A stretch of 64,000 nucleotides of DNA from an uncultured Candidatus Rokubacteria bacterium (GCA_963841755.1 CAWJDX010000010.1:73808-137807); one strand, 5' to 3'; positions 1 to 12,699 are shown, counted from the stretch's first letter. Program-made: numbers and translations. Notes: a model not told the origin generated them from the letters alone.

Positions 1-207
1 GACGTCTACGAGGACGAGCCGGTGCTGGGGGCCACGCATCCGCTGCTCAAGATGGACAACGCGATCTGCGTGCCGCATCTGGGCTACGTGGAGCGCGACG
101 GCCTCGAGCACATGTTCGACACCATCTTCGATCAGATCCTGGCCTACGGCGCGGGCAAGCCGATCAACGTGCTGAACCCCGAGGCGCTGGCCGCGGCCAA
201 GTCATGA
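1..207 (+). CDS. C-terminal fragment of a D-isomer-specific 2-hydroxyacid dehydrogenase-like protein (5' end outside window)
   Basis: Frame 1 is open from nt 1. The tail ...NAICVPHLGYVERD...GKPINVLNPE resembles 2-HADH C-termini. The stop overlaps the next start (ATGA). Confidence 0.55.
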   Translation, partial: DVYEDEPVLGATHPLLKMDNAICVPHLGYVERDGLEHMFDTIFDQILAYGAGKPINVLNPEALAAAKS

Positions 208-1373
208 GCCTCCGCGACCGAGCCTACGTCGTCGGCGTCTTCGAGCATCCCACCCGCAAGGCGGACGGGATCTCGCTGGCCCAGCTGCACGCGGAGGTGG
301 CGCGCGGCGCCCTCGCCGACGCCGGCCTCACCAAGGACGACGTCGACGGCTACTTCTGCGCGGGCGACGCCCCCGGCCTGGGCGGGCTCTCCATGGCCGA
401 CTACATGGGCCTGCGCCTGCGGCACATCGACACCACCGAGACCGGCGGCTCGTCGTACGTGGTGCACGTGGCCCACGCCGCCGAGGCCATCGCGGCGGGC
501 CGCTGCGACGTGGCCCTGATCACCCTGGCCGGCCGCCCGCGCGCGGAGGGCATGGCCACCGGCACCGCGCCCCGCAACTACGGCGCGACCGCGCCCGACG
601 TGGCGTTCGAGGCCCCGTTCTCGCCCACGGTGGTGAACCAGTACGCGATGGCCGCGATGCGCCACATGCACGAGTTCGGCACCACCAGCGAGCAGCTCGC
701 GTGGATCAAGGTCGCCGCCTCGCACCACGCCCAGCACAACCCGCACGCGATGCTGCGCGAGGTGGTGACGGTGGCCGACGTGGTCGGCTCGCCGATGATC
801 TCGGACCCGCTCCACCGCCTCGACTGCTGCGTGATCAGCGACGGCGGCGGCGCGGTGATCGTGGCGCGCCCCGAGGTGGCGAAGCGGCTCAAGCGGCCGC
901 TGGTCACGGTGCGCGGGGCGGGCGAGGCGGTGAAGCACCAGATGGGCGGGCAGGTGGATCTCACCTACACCGGCGCGCGCTGGTCGGGCCCGGCCGCCTT
1001 CGAGATGGCGGGCGTGACCCCGGCCGACATCAAGTACGCCTCGATCTACGACAGCTTCACGATCACGGTGCTGATCACCCTCGAGGACCTGGGCTTCTGC
1101 CCCAAGGGCCAGGGCGGCCGCTTCGTCTCCGACGGCAACCTGATCGCGGGCACCGGCCGGCTGCCCTTCAACACCGACGGCGGCGGCCTCTGCAACAACC
1201 ACCCCGCCAACCGCGGCGGCATGACCAAGGTGATCGAGGCGGTGCGCCAGCTCCGCGGCGAGGCGCACCCGGCGGTGCAGGTGAAGGGCTGCGATCTCGC
1301 GCTCGCCCACGGCACCGGCGGCTCGCTCGGCACGCGCCACGCGAGCGCGACCCTGATCATGGAGAGGGCCTGA
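204..1373 (+). CDS. Thiolase-like protein (SCP-x / lipid-transfer-type thiolase)
   Basis: Intact 389-aa ORF with thiolase-like N- and C-terminal halves (…GGSSY…, …NTDGGGLCNNHPANRGGM…). It is followed 3 nt later by its usual DUF35 partner. Confidence 0.8.
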   Translation: MSLRDRAYVVGVFEHPTRKADGISLAQLHAEVARGALADAGLTKDDVDGYFCAGDAPGLGGLSMADYMGLRLRHIDTTETGGSSYVVHVAHAAEAIAAGRCDVALITLAGRPRAEGMATGTAPRNYGATAPDVAFEAPFSPTVVNQYAMAAMRHMHEFGTTSEQLAWIKVAASHHAQHNPHAMLREVVTVADVVGSPMISDPLHRLDCCVISDGGGAVIVARPEVAKRLKRPLVTVRGAGEAVKHQMGGQVDLTYTGARWSGPAAFEMAGVTPADIKYASIYDSFTITVLITLEDLGFCPKGQGGRFVSDGNLIAGTGRLPFNTDGGGLCNNHPANRGGMTKVIEAVRQLRGEAHPAVQVKGCDLALAHGTGGSLGTRHASATLIMERA

Positions 1374-1376
1374 TCA

Positions 1377-1774
1377 TGGCGGACGCGACCCGGAAGATCT
1401 TCGCTCCCACGCCGAGCCCCGAGACGGAAGCGTTCTGGGAGGCGGCGGGGAAGGGCCGGCTGCTGCTGAAGCGCTGCACCGCCTGCGGCCGCGCCGCATC
1501 ACTACCCGCGGCCCATCTGCCCGTTCTGCGGGAGCGATCGCACCGAGTGGACGGAGTCTCCGGGGCGCGGCGTCATCTACTCCTTCAGCGTGATGCGCCG
1601 GGCGACGCCGCCCTACGTCATCGCCTACGTGACGCTGGACGAGGGCGTCACCATGATGACCGGCCTGGTGGACTGCGACTTCGACGCGCTCCGCATCGGC
1701 CAGCCGGTGCGGGTGGTGTGGACGCCCACCGACGGCGGCCCGCCCGTGCCGATGTTCACCCCGCGCTACTCCCT
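1377..1774 (+). CDS. DUF35-type OB-fold/Zn-ribbon protein, frame-disrupted
   Basis: MADATRKIFAPTPSPETEAFWEAAGKGRLLLKRCTACGRA, then a -1/+1 shift near 1495 to HHYPRPICPFCGSDRTEWTESPGRGVIYSFSV... (ORF 1590..). The 3' end is uncertain: the TAG at about 1772-1774 is reached only after another shift. Confidence 0.65.
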
Positions 1775-1777
1775 AGC

Positions 1778-2755
1778 TCACTCGATCACCTGGTCTGCCC
1801 GCTGCAGGAGCGAGGGAGGGATCGTCAGGCCAAGGGCCTGGGCGGTCTTCAGGTTGATGACGAGCTCGAGCTTCGTCGGTCGCTCGACCGGGAGGTCCCC
1901 CGGCCGAGCGCCCTTGAAGATCTTCTCCGCGAAGCTCGCGGCGCGGCGATAGTGGTCGGGGTAGTTCACTCCGTAGATCATCAGCCCCCGGATGAACTCC
2001 CCGGAGGCGTATACCGCCGGTAGGCGATGCTTCGCCGCGAGGTCGACGATGATCCGCTGGTTCGCCTGCGTGAGGGTGTCCTGCCCCACGACGAGCGCGT
2101 CCGCCCGCTGCCTGACCGCGCTCGCGAAGGCGGCCCCCAGGTCCTCGGCCTTTCGCACGTCGAGTAGCTGCGGCTGGATGCCGAGGGATCGGGCCGCCGT
2201 CTCGATCTCTTTCCAGGCCGGCGGGAGAGCCGGGCTGCTCATGTTCAGGAGGGCCGCGATCCGGGTGGCTTTCGGAACCACCTCCCGGAGCAGCTCGATC
2301 CGTTTCGCGTAGATCTCGGTGACGATGGCGCTCACCCCGGTGATGTTCCCGCCGGGGCGGGCGAGGCTCGCGACGACGCCCTGACCCACCGGATCGGCAA
2401 GCCCGGTTATGACCACCGGAATGGTCCCGGTCGCGTGCTTGGCCGCCAGGGCCGCTTGCGTCCCTCTCGTCACGATCAGGTCGACCTTCAGTCGAACGAG
2501 CTCCGCGGCCAGGCCCGGGAATCGCTCGTCGCGGCCGTCGGCCGAGCGGTACTCGATCACGAAGTCCTTCCCCTCGACGTACCCGAGATCTCGCAGCCCT
2601 TGCCGGAAGGCGTCGAGGTTGGCCGCATTGATCGCAGGCGACGTTCTCTCGAGCATGCCGATCCGGTAGAGCTTTCCCGCCGGCTGGGCCTGGAGAGCAA
2701 GGGACCGGGAGAGCAGGCCGAGGGTGATGCCGGAGATGAAGGCGCGACGCTCCAT
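1778..2755 (-). CDS. ABC transporter substrate-binding protein (ABC_sub_bind / PF04392-like)
   Basis: 325 aa starting at MERRAFISGITLGLL (signal-like) inside the long ORF 1778..3817. Its ATG overlaps the stop of the upstream LLM gene (TGATG at 2753-2757). Confidence 0.8.
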   Translation of the reverse strand: MERRAFISGITLGLLSRSLALQAQPAGKLYRIGMLERTSPAINAANLDAFRQGLRDLGYVEGKDFVIEYRSADGRDERFPGLAAELVRLKVDLIVTRGTQAALAAKHATGTIPVVITGLADPVGQGVVASLARPGGNITGVSAIVTEIYAKRIELLREVVPKATRIAALLNMSSPALPPAWKEIETAARSLGIQPQLLDVRKAEDLGAAFASAVRQRADALVVGQDTLTQANQRIIVDLAAKHRLPAVYASGEFIRGLMIYGVNYPDHYRRAASFAEKIFKGARPGDLPVERPTKLELVINLKTAQALGLTIPPSLLQRADQVIE

Positions 2756-3817
2756 CAGAGGCGCGCCATCACCCGATCCGCGAAGTCCTCGATCACGCGA
2801 TACTGCCGGTTGAGCGGCGGGTAGAGCATGATCTGGCTCAGCCCCTGGCTCTCCAGCTCCTTCAGCTGCTCCACGATGCGCTCGGGCACGCCGGTGAGGC
2901 AGGTGGCCTCGATCAGCGCGGGCGTCAGGAAGCGCGCCTCCTCCGGGTTCACGAAGCTGTAGTGGCTGCCGTGCAGGCGCTGGTGCCGCACCTCGGGCGG
3001 CCCCTCGTTGAGCCAGTCGAGATACGCTCTTCCACACCGGCCGCGCATAGGCCGGCGGCTCCGCGCCGGTCTCCAGGTGCTGCGCGACCAGATAGTGGAG
3101 GCCCGTGATCACCGCCGCGCCGCACTCCGCGATGATGCGCTCGGAGTTGGCGGCCTCGCCCGGCTGGAGCAGCGCCACGTTGACCATCGCCGAGGTATGG
3201 AAATCCGCGGGCACCACGCGGCCGGCCTTCTCGGCGCCGCGGCGCACGTTGGCGAGCATCTCGGGCACGGTGCCCCCGCGCGGCAGCCCGGAGATGAGCC
3301 CGTCGCCCAGCTCGCCGGCCAGGGCCTGCGCCTTCGGGCCGAAGCCCGCGATGTAGACCGGGATCGGGTGGTCGAGGTCGATGAAGCGGTGCTCGCGCAT
3401 CTGGAAGCGGATCGGATGCGTCTCGCCGTTCAGCGTGTAGTCGACCTCCTCGCCGCGGAGCAGCGCCCGCACCGTCTGCACGTACTCCTTGAACGGGGCG
3501 AGGCGCATCGGCTTCTGGCCGAGCGTGCGCATCGCGGTGTGGCCGGTGCCGAGGCCGATGAAGCAGCGGCCGGGGGCGAGCCGGTTGATGGTGGCGATGC
3601 CGTTGGCCACCACCGGGGCGAGCCGCAGGCCGGGCACGTTCACCCCGGTGCCGAGGCGCATGCGGCGCGTCTGCTGGGCGGCCAGGGCCAGCACCGCCCA
3701 GCAGTTCGACCGGATCATCTGGCTGTCGGTGACCCAGCAGTGCGAGTAGCCGAGGTTCTCGGCGTGGGTGATGTAGCCGATCTCGTCGATCTTGGCGTGA
3801 ACGATGCCGAAGTCCAT
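2755..3817 (-). CDS. LLM-class (luciferase-like, F420/flavin-dependent) oxidoreductase, one apparent frameshift near 3030
   Basis: N-terminal part MDFGIVHAKIDEIGYITHAENLGYSHCWVTDSQ... lies in ORF 1778..3817. The C-terminal part ...YLDWLNEGPPEVRHQRLHGSHYSFVNPEEARFLTP...RVMARL lies in ORF 2755..3048. Confidence 0.75.
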
Positions 3818-3841
3818 GGGCCCGGGATGGCGTCGACTCCG

Positions 3842-5463
3842 CTACTTGTCGAGCCAGACCTCCTGCATGCGCCCGTAGTTGTAGAGGGCGTTGTGGGGCA
3901 CCAGGTTCTTCACGTACGGGTACTGCGCGAAGTACTCCTTGCGCCAGCCCGAGCATGGGCCGGGCGACCTCGGCCTCGAGGGTGCGCTGGATGTCGGCCA
4001 CCATCTTGAGACGCTTGGCCCGGTCCAGCTCCTGCGACTGCGCCTCGATCTGCCGGTCCATCGCCTCGTTGCAATAGTCAGTGTAGTTCCGGGAAGACCC
4101 GCACTTGTAGTTCTCGACCAGGTACGCGTCCGGATCGTCGAAGCCGCCCGCGGTGAGGTTGGCCGCGATCTGGAACTCGCGCCGGGCCAGGGCGGGAAAC
4201 CACGCCGAGGTATCGAGCTGCTTGACGGTGGCCTCGACGCCCACCAGCCGGAGCTGGTCCACCGCGTAGGAGGCCAGGTCCACGTAGATCGGCGAGGTGC
4301 GGGTGACCATCTCGAGCCGCAGCGGCTTGCCCGGCCCGTAGCCCGCCTCCGCGAGGAGCTTCTTGGCCTCCGCCTTGTCGCGCGCCGGGTCGCGATAGCC
4401 GGCCAGGGTCCGGAGATCCGGCTCGCCCAGGCCCCAGAAGCCCATCGGCCGGGGCATGAGCGCGGCGCCGACGACCGCCCCGTCCTGCCGCACGCTCTTG
4501 ACGTACGAGCGCCGGTCCAGCGCGAGGTTGACCGCCTTGCGCACGAGCGGGTTGTCGAACGGCGCGCGCTTGTGGTTGATCAGCACGTTGTCGCTGCCGT
4601 TCTGCCCGATCTCGGTGATGACGAGCGCCGGGGTGACGCTCTTGGCGGTGTCGGCCATCGCCTTCGTCATCTCGAGCGGCACGAAGGCGTCGAGCCGCCC
4701 GGCCTGGAGCGCGGCGAGGCGGGTGCCCCGCTCGCGGATGATGGTGTAGCGGATGCCGTCGAGGTAGGGCCGGTCGGGCACGAAGTAGTCGGGGTTGCGC
4801 TCCAGCTCCACCAGCTGACCCCGCAGCCACTCCTTCTGGCGAAACGGCCCGGTGCCGACGCACTTCTGGCGCAGCTCGTTGAGCGGCACGTGGGCGGGCA
4901 GGACCGGCGAGTAGCCGGAGGCCAGCATGAGCAGCAGCGAGGGCTGGGGGCGCTTGAGGTGGAACACCACCGTGTAGGGCTCGGGCGCCTCGATCGAGGC
5001 GATGTTGGTCCACCACTCCTTTCGCGCGCTGAGCCGGAAGCGCGCGGTCGTCTCGGGCGCCTCGCGGGCCACGTCGAAGGTGTACTTCACGTCGGCGGAG
5101 GTGAACGGCTTGCCGTCGTGCCACTTCACGTTCTTGCGGAGGAAGAACACCAGGTTCCGGTAGTTGTCCTGCCACGACCAGCGCTCGGCCAGCTCCGGGA
5201 TCACGGTGTCCACGCTCTCCTGGCCCTTGAGCGGGTCGAAGAAGACCAGGTTCGAGTAGCACGGCGACATCGGCCACGTGTTCGAGACGGTGGCCGACTC
5301 GTGGATGATGAGGCCCGGCGGATCCTCGATCAGCACGGTGTTGAGGACGCCGCCGCGCTTGGGCTTGGCGCCCTGCGCCTCGGCCGGCGCCCAGACGCAG
5401 GCCACCGTGGCCACGAGCAATGGCGAGCCCGAGGGCGACGGAGCGGAGCGGACGTCTCGGCAT
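3842..5463 (-). CDS. ABC transporter substrate-binding protein, family 5 (peptide/nickel/opine type), frame-disrupted at both ends
   Basis: The core is in ORF 2949..6032 (…GGVLNTVLIEDPPGL…FHLKRPQPSLL…VGTGPF…). The C-terminus GWRKEYFAQYPYVKNLVPHNALYNYGRMQEVWLDK* is only in another frame (shift near 3945). The ATG at 5463 (MPRRP) is out of frame with the signal peptide SPLLVATVACVWAPAEA. Confidence 0.8.
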
Positions 5464-5488
5464 GAAGGTCTCCATGGGACGGGTGGGC

Positions 5489-6268
5489 TCAGTACATCAC
5501 GAGGCCACCGGTGACGTTGATGGCCTGGCCGGTCATGTAGGACGACTTGCTCGAGGCGAGGAAGCCCACCACGTTGGCCACGTCCTCCGCCTTCTCGATG
5601 CGCCCGAGCGGGATCTGCTCGACGCGCTGCTTGAGGTACTCGCCGGGCTTGAGGCCCATGAGCCCCTCGCCCGCCTCGCGGTCCACCTGGAAGATCATGT
5701 CGGTCTCCACGATGCCGGGGCAGACGCAGTTGGCGCGGATGCCGTCGGCGGCGTGGGCCAGGGCCAGGCTCCGGGTCATGCTGATCACCGCGGCCTTGGT
5801 GATGCCGTAGACCAGCGAGGTCTTGAGCCCCATCTTCCCCGCCATCGAGGCCAGGCTGATGATGTTGCCGCGCTTGGCCTTCACCATGTGGCGCAGCACC
5901 GCCTGGCTCGCGAAGAACACGCCCTTGGCGTTGACCGCGAGCAGCCGGTCCCAGTCCGCCTCGGTCACGTCCGCGGTGTGCGCGGACTTGTGGATGCCCG
6001 CGTTGTTCACGAGGATGTCGATGCGCCCCCACTCGGCCACCGCGCGGTCGGCCATCGCCTGCAGGTCGGCCAGGCGGGTGACGTCGGTCTGGAGCGCCAT
6101 CGCCCGGCGCCCGCGCTTGCGCACCTCCTCGGCGGTGCGCTCGCCGGTGGCCCGGTCCACCTCCGCCACCACCACGTCGGCGCCCATGCCGGCCAGCTCC
6201 AGCGCGATGGCGCGGCCGATGTTGCGCCCGGCGCCGGTGACGATCGCGGTCTGCCCTTGCAGCTCCAT
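5489..6268 (-). CDS. SDR-family oxidoreductase (FabG-like)
   Basis: Intact 259 aa with TGAGRNIG Rossmann motif, NNAG, and a Y-x3-K (YGITK) catalytic motif. Confidence 0.9.
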   Translation of the reverse strand: MELQGQTAIVTGAGRNIGRAIALELAGMGADVVVAEVDRATGERTAEEVRKRGRRAMALQTDVTRLADLQAMADRAVAEWGRIDILVNNAGIHKSAHTADVTEADWDRLLAVNAKGVFFASQAVLRHMVKAKRGNIISLASMAGKMGLKTSLVYGITKAAVISMTRSLALAHAADGIRANCVCPGIVETDMIFQVDREAGEGLMGLKPGEYLKQRVEQIPLGRIEKAEDVANVVGFLASSKSSYMTGQAINVTGGLVMY

Positions 6269-6284
6269 CTAGATCGCCTCCATC

Positions 6285-6701
6285 TCAGCAGCAGCCGCCC
6301 GCGATGGACGCCTTGCTCCGCTGGATCAGCTCGAGACGGACGTCGTCCGGGGCCTGGACGAAGCAGATGCGCGGGCCGCCCGGGATCTCGATCGGTCCTT
6401 CCAGCAGCTTCGCGCCCAGCCCCTCGAGCCGCTTGATGTCGGCCTCGAGGTTCTCGGAGTCGAAGCCGAAGTGCTCGAGGCCGTGATGGGCCCGGGCGTC
6501 GCCCGCGCCGAGCTTCTCGTTGGTGCGCGCGCCCGAGATGTTCACCGGGGTGCCGTCCTCGCTCTGGCAGCGCACGAAGCGGTCCCCGAACACGCGCGTC
6601 TCGTCCGAGACGATCTTGAACGCGAAGGCCTTCACGTACCAGTCGGCGGTCTTGCGGGGGTCGGAGGCCTTCAGGTGGATGTGGTTGATCCGGTAAGGCA
6701 T
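6285..6701 (-). CDS. VOC/glyoxalase-family protein
   Basis: Start chosen at MPYRINHIHLKASDP (aa 53 of ORF 6285..6857), preceded by AAGGA. HIHL...GLEHFGF is a VOC metal-ligand-type pattern. Confidence 0.75.
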   Translation of the reverse strand: MPYRINHIHLKASDPRKTADWYVKAFAFKIVSDETRVFGDRFVRCQSEDGTPVNISGARTNEKLGAGDARAHHGLEHFGFDSENLEADIKRLEGLGAKLLEGPIEIPGGPRICFVQAPDDVRLELIQRSKASIAGGCC

Positions 6702-6755
6702 GGCGGTGTCCTTTCGGCTGAGGTATCGTCGGGGCCGCGCCCGCGGCGCGGCTAG

Positions 6756-6784
6756 AGAATAGTAGGACCCGACCGCCGGTTCAA
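6756..6784 (-). promoter_or_regulatory. Candidate sigma-70 promoter for the VOC-SDR-SBP-LLM-SBP operon
   Basis: The minus strand reads TTGAAC-17 nt-TATTCT, about 50 nt upstream of the 6701 start. Confidence 0.35.
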
Positions 6785-6813
6785 GGACCGGCGCATCCCG
6801 GAGGCCATCACGC

Positions 6814-7701
6814 ATGGACATCGGCTGCCACCTTCCCAACCAGGGCCCCCTCGCCAACGGCGAGTCGCTCGTGCGCTTCGCGCGCGCGGCCGAGGAGCGC
6901 GCGGTCGCCTCGCTCTGGGTGAGCGATCACGTGATCTTCCCGCGCTCCGCGACCGGGAGCTACCCGGGCGGGCGCTTCCCGCATCCGCCCGACAAGCCGT
7001 ACCTCGAGCCGGTGACGGTGCTGGCCGCCGCCGCGGTGTGCACGACCCGGGCCCGGCTCGGCGCCTCCGTGTTCATCCTGGGCCACCGGCATCCGGTGGT
7101 CATGGCCAAGATGCTCACCAGCATCGACGCGCTCTCCAACGGCCGGCTCATCTGCGGCGTCGGGGTCGGCTGGTGGAAGGAGGAGCTCGAGATCCTGGGC
7201 GTGCCCTTCCACGCCCGCGGCCGCCACGGCGACGAGATCCTGCGCGCCTTCAAGGCCCTGTGGACCGAGGAGAACCCGCGCCTCGACGGCGAGTTCTTCC
7301 GCTTCCGCGAGCTCGGCTTCGCGCCCAAGCCGGTGCAGAAGCCGCACCCGCCGATCTGGGTGGGCGGCGACAGCCCCGGCGCGTTCCGGCGGGTGGTGAC
7401 GCTCGGCGACGGCTGGCACGCGACCTCGAAGGACCCCGATCAGCTCCGCGAGGGGCTCGGCCGCCTGCGCGCGGTCGCGGACCAGCACCGGCGCGACATG
7501 AAGACGATCGACATCTCGGTGCGCTACAGCCTGAGCGACGGGATGCTGGGCAAGGGCGCCCAGATGGTGATCGACCAGCTCGGGGAGTACAAGCGCATCG
7601 GCCTGAGCCACGTCCTGATCGACTTCCGCCGCGACGACCTCGCGAAGATGCTCGAGCTGCTCGACCTGGTCACCACCACCATCCGCCCCGCGGTGGCGTA
7701 G
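6814..7701 (+). CDS. LLM-class F420-dependent oxidoreductase
   Basis: Intact 295 aa: …SLWVSDHVIFP…GVGVGWWKEE…KPHPPIWVGG…, typical of the F420-dependent LLM subgroup. GGAGG lies upstream. Confidence 0.85.
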   Translation: MDIGCHLPNQGPLANGESLVRFARAAEERAVASLWVSDHVIFPRSATGSYPGGRFPHPPDKPYLEPVTVLAAAAVCTTRARLGASVFILGHRHPVVMAKMLTSIDALSNGRLICGVGVGWWKEELEILGVPFHARGRHGDEILRAFKALWTEENPRLDGEFFRFRELGFAPKPVQKPHPPIWVGGDSPGAFRRVVTLGDGWHATSKDPDQLREGLGRLRAVADQHRRDMKTIDISVRYSLSDGMLGKGAQMVIDQLGEYKRIGLSHVLIDFRRDDLAKMLELLDLVTTTIRPAVA

Positions 7702-7707
7702 ATGCTC

Positions 7708-7792
7708 GGGGTCAGGTCTTACATTCCGACATTTTTCCGGCGGTAGCCGAGACGCTCGCGTGGCAGAAATGTCGGAATGTAAGACCTGACCC

Positions 7793-7793
<1 letters not shown>
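7708..7793. repeat. REP-like palindromic element, family A (27-bp perfect inverted repeat, 32-nt spacer) at a convergent gene junction
   Basis: GGGGTCAGGTCTTACATTCCGACATTT (7708-7734) is the exact reverse complement of 7767-7793. The outer 17 bp recur at 21336-21375. Confidence 0.85.
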
Positions 7794-9209
<1,416 letters not shown>

Positions 9210-9213
<4 letters not shown>

Positions 9214-10371
9214 GTCGAGGCGGGGACCGCGACCGCCGGCTCCCGGAGGCCGCAGATCTCGTAGAGCGTCTGGCGCTGGCGGATGCCCTTGAGGTGCGGC
9301 CGGCCGAGCTCGCGGGCGTCGACGAGATGATTCACCTGGTTGAAGGTCTCCTCGCCCACGATGATATGCGCGTCGAAGAGGCGTGTCATCCGCTGCATTC
9401 GCGACGCCGCGATCATCGCGCGGCCCACCACGATGAGCTCGCGCCGGCGGTCCGAGCCGATCGTCCCCGCCAGCACCCGGCCGGAGCTGATGCCGATCCC
9501 GATGTCGAAGGTGGGCCGCCCGTCGGCGGTCCAGCGCGCGGCCAGCCGCCGCACCGCCTCCACCATGTCGGCGGCGGCCCGGACCGCCCGCAGCGCGACG
9601 TCGGCCCCCGGCTCCGGGACGCCGAAGAGGGCGACGATCTCGTCGCCGACCAGCTGCTCCACCGTGCCCTGGTGGCGGAAGATCACGTCGATCATCTCCG
9701 CGAAGTACTCGTTGAGGAGCTGGATCACCACCGGGGCGGTCGTCGACTCGATGAGGCGGGTGAAGCCGCGGATGTCCGCGAAGAGCACGGTGGCCTCGCG
9801 CCAGTCGCCCGGCAGCTCCAGGATGCCGGGATTGGCCACCGCGAGGTCGACCAGCCGGGGCGACACGTAGCGCTGGAGCTGCGAGCGCACCGACGCCTCG
9901 CGGATCAGATCGTCCTGGGCGTCCGCGCAGGTGGGTCAGCGCCTGCTCCAGCTCGACGTTCTTGGCCGCGAGGTTCCCCAGGAGCGTCTCGCGCTCCCGG
10001 CACAGCCGGTGGTGCTCGACCGCCCGGCCCACCACGTGACGGAGCTCGTTCGGATCCCACGGCTTCAGCAGGAAGTGGTAGACCCCGGCCGCGTTGATGG
10101 AGTCCATCAGGGCGTCGGTGTCGGTGAAGGCGGTGAGGAGGATGCGGACCGTGTCGGGCGCCACGTCGCGGCTCCGGGTCAGGAGCTCGGTGCCGGTCAG
10201 CCCGGCCATCCGCTGGTCGCTCACCACGACCGCCACGTCCTCCTCGCGGAGGTGGCGGAGGGCGATCTCCGGGCGCTCCGCGCGCAGGATGCGGTGCTCC
10301 ATCGCGAGGAGCGCCTCGAGCGCGTCGAGGACGCGCGGCTCGTCGTCGACCAGGAGGACGGTGGCGGGCAT
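9210..10371 (-). CDS. Response-regulator receiver fused to a class III adenylate/guanylate cyclase domain, one apparent frameshift near 9905-9935
   Basis: REC: [12 protein letters not shown]…[12 protein letters not shown]…KPWD. Cyclase domain in ORF 9210..9890: …[12 protein letters not shown]…[10 protein letters not shown]…[15 protein letters not shown]…. Confidence 0.8.
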
Positions 10372-12654
10372 CAGGGACTCGCGGGGCGGCGGCGGGCGTC
10401 GCCTCGGTGGGCTTGCCGGCCCGGGCGACCGGCAGCCGCAGGGTGAACACCGCGCCGCCGCTCGGGCGGGCTCTCGGCCCGGATCTCGCCGCCGTGCTTG
10501 GTGACGATCTCGTAGCTGATCGAGAGGCCGAGCCCGGTGCCCTCGCCGACCGGCTTGGTGGTGAAGAACGGATCGAAGACGCGGCGGAGCACGTCGGGCG
10601 GGATGCCGGGGCCGGTGTCGGCGATGGCGATCACCGCCATCGGGCCCTCCCGGCGGCGTCTCGATCGTGATCGTGCCGGGCCCCGGGATCGCCTGGGCCG
10701 CGTTGGCGAGCACGTTCAGGAAGACCTGGTCGATCTGCGACCGGACGCACTCGACCGGGCCGAGCGCGCCGTACTTGCGGATCACCGTGACCCGATCCTT
10801 CAGCAGGTGGTTCAGGAGGGTCAGGCTCGACTCGAGCTCCTCGTGCAGGTCGACCGCCTGCCACACGTCGTCCGGGGTGCGGGTGAAGACCCGCAGGTCG
10901 CCGACGATCTTGCGGGTCCGGTCGGCGCCCTCGCGGATGCCGGAGATCATCGAGTCGAGGTACCGGAGCGCGTAGTCGACCTGGAGCTCCCGCCGGCGCG
11001 CGTCGATCCGGGCCCGGTCCGCCTCGGGCAGCGCGGCCTCCTGGTAGGTCTCGAGCATGGCCCGCAGGCGCTGGACGAAGTCGGCGAGCGTGGCCACGTT
11101 GGAGGAGATGAACCCGATGGGATTGTTGAGCTCGTGGGCCACGCCGGCCACGAGCTGGCCGACCGAGGCCATCTTCTCGCGCTGGATGAGCTGCAGCTGC
11201 GTGGCCTGGAGGTCGCGGTAGGCGGTCCGCAGCTCCTCGTTGGCGGCCCGGAGCTGCTCGGTGCGGACCCGCACCTTGTCCTCGAGGCTCCGGGAGAGGT
11301 CCTCGATGGTCTGGAAGCTCTGCGGCCCGGTCGATGGCGAGGGCCACGTGGCTGGCCACCGCGGTGAGCAGGTCCACGTCGCCCTGATCGAAGCGTCCCG
11401 CCTCCGTCGCGGTCACCGCGAGCACTCCGAGCACCTGCTCGCGCACGCGGAGCGGCGCCGCCACGAGGCTCCGCACCCGATGCGCGCGGCTCAGCGCCCG
11501 GTGCACCGGCTCGGTCGCCGTCTCCACGTCGTTGACGAGCACCGGCTGCCCGGTGATCGCGGCCCGCGCGCTCGCGCTGGTCGCCGCCTCGAGCGGCAGC
11601 TCGACGCCCTCGAACGGAGGCGGCGTCGGCGTCGGCGCCCGCGGCTCGGTGCCCGCGGAGCACGCGGCGCTCGCGGTCCACCAGGAGCAGGTAGGCCCGC
11701 TGGTACGGCATCCGGTGGACGAGCCGGCTCAGCGCCTGGTCGTAGATCTTCTCCGGGTCGAGCGTCCCGCTCACCGCGGCGCTCAGGTCGGTGAGGAGCG
11801 AGAGCTGCTCGATCCGCGTCTCGAGCTCGACGAACTTCTTCTCCAGCTCGCGGTTCGAGTAGATGATCTCCTCGGACTGCAGATCGAGCAGGCGCTGGGT
11901 GTGGCGGCGCTGCTGGCCCTCGCGGAGGGCGTAGCCGAGCGCGACGCCGGCGAGGAGCGGCAGCGGCGCCGCGGCCAGGAGCGGCCAGCCCCCGCCGGGG
12001 GTCGCGGCGACCAGGCCGAGGAGGACGGCGGCGCCGCCGCCGATCAGGCTCGGCGCCCAGAAGCGGACCCCCCGCGACGGGTTCTTCCAGCGGACGTCCC
12101 AGCGGCAGGCGTCGGCGACCGCGGGCCGCGCACGTGCTCTCGAGGATGCGGGCGCGCGGCAGTCCCCAGTTGGTCGGGAAGCGCTCGAACTGGACCTTGC
12201 GCCACGTGCAGCTCCAGACCGGAATGGCCTGCCCGGGCACCGGCGTCCAGCGGTAGCGGGCGTGGCGGCGGCCGACCTCGAGGACGTCGAGCCGGAAGAG
12301 GCCGCGGCTCTGCTGCTCGTAGATGGTGGCCACCCGCTGGTAGGCCGCGCGCGGGCTGCCGATGCCCATGGAGTAGGTGCCGAGATAGGAGCGCTCCTCG
12401 CGGGGCTTCCAGTCCATGAAGGACTCGCCGTAGCGCCGCGCCCAGCGGTCCTCGTCGGGCTCGTGCATCAGGTCCTGGCAGACCGCCACCATCTCGCTGG
12501 CCACCGCGAGGGGAATCCAGTTGTGGTCGGCCATGAGGTAGTCGCGCGACCGCCCCGCGACGCGGCAGATCGTCGCGACCCCCTCGGGGCCGACCTCCTT
12601 CTCCACGAAGGGGATCAGCGCCTTCGTGAAGATGCAGTTGATCTCTCCCGGCAT
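10371..12654 (-). CDS. Sensor histidine kinase (V4R-like N-terminal domain, 2 TM helices, coiled coil, GAF, HisKA, HATPase_c), at least 5 apparent frameshifts
   Basis: Pieces lie in at least 5 frames. They are: [22 protein letters not shown]…[10 protein letters not shown] / …[10 protein letters not shown] (V4R-type E-x2-C-x3-G-x3-C-x-W end); [15 protein letters not shown]…[11 protein letters not shown] (TM); GAF …[12 protein letters not shown]…LGVLAVT…; HisKA …[19 protein letters not shown]…; HATPase …IADTGPGIP…[16 protein letters not shown]…. Confidence 0.75.
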
Positions 12655-12699
12655 CTCCGGCCGCTCAGCTCCGCTTGTGCACGAACGTCGACGTGATCT

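Noticed and set aside
144-1340. 398-aa ORF antisense to the thiolase gene (similar cases: 578..964, 1046..1360, 701..2023)
   Set aside because: Ala/Arg/Gly/His-rich low-complexity translation is typical of stop-codon-poor antisense or off frames in roughly 70% GC DNA. The sense frame carries clear thiolase motifs.
2949-6032. 1027-aa giant ORF
   Set aside because: Only its middle (about 3950-5440) is real (family-5 SBP). The flanks are wrong-frame read-through over the SDR and LLM genes (Arg/Pro/Gly-rich nonsense).
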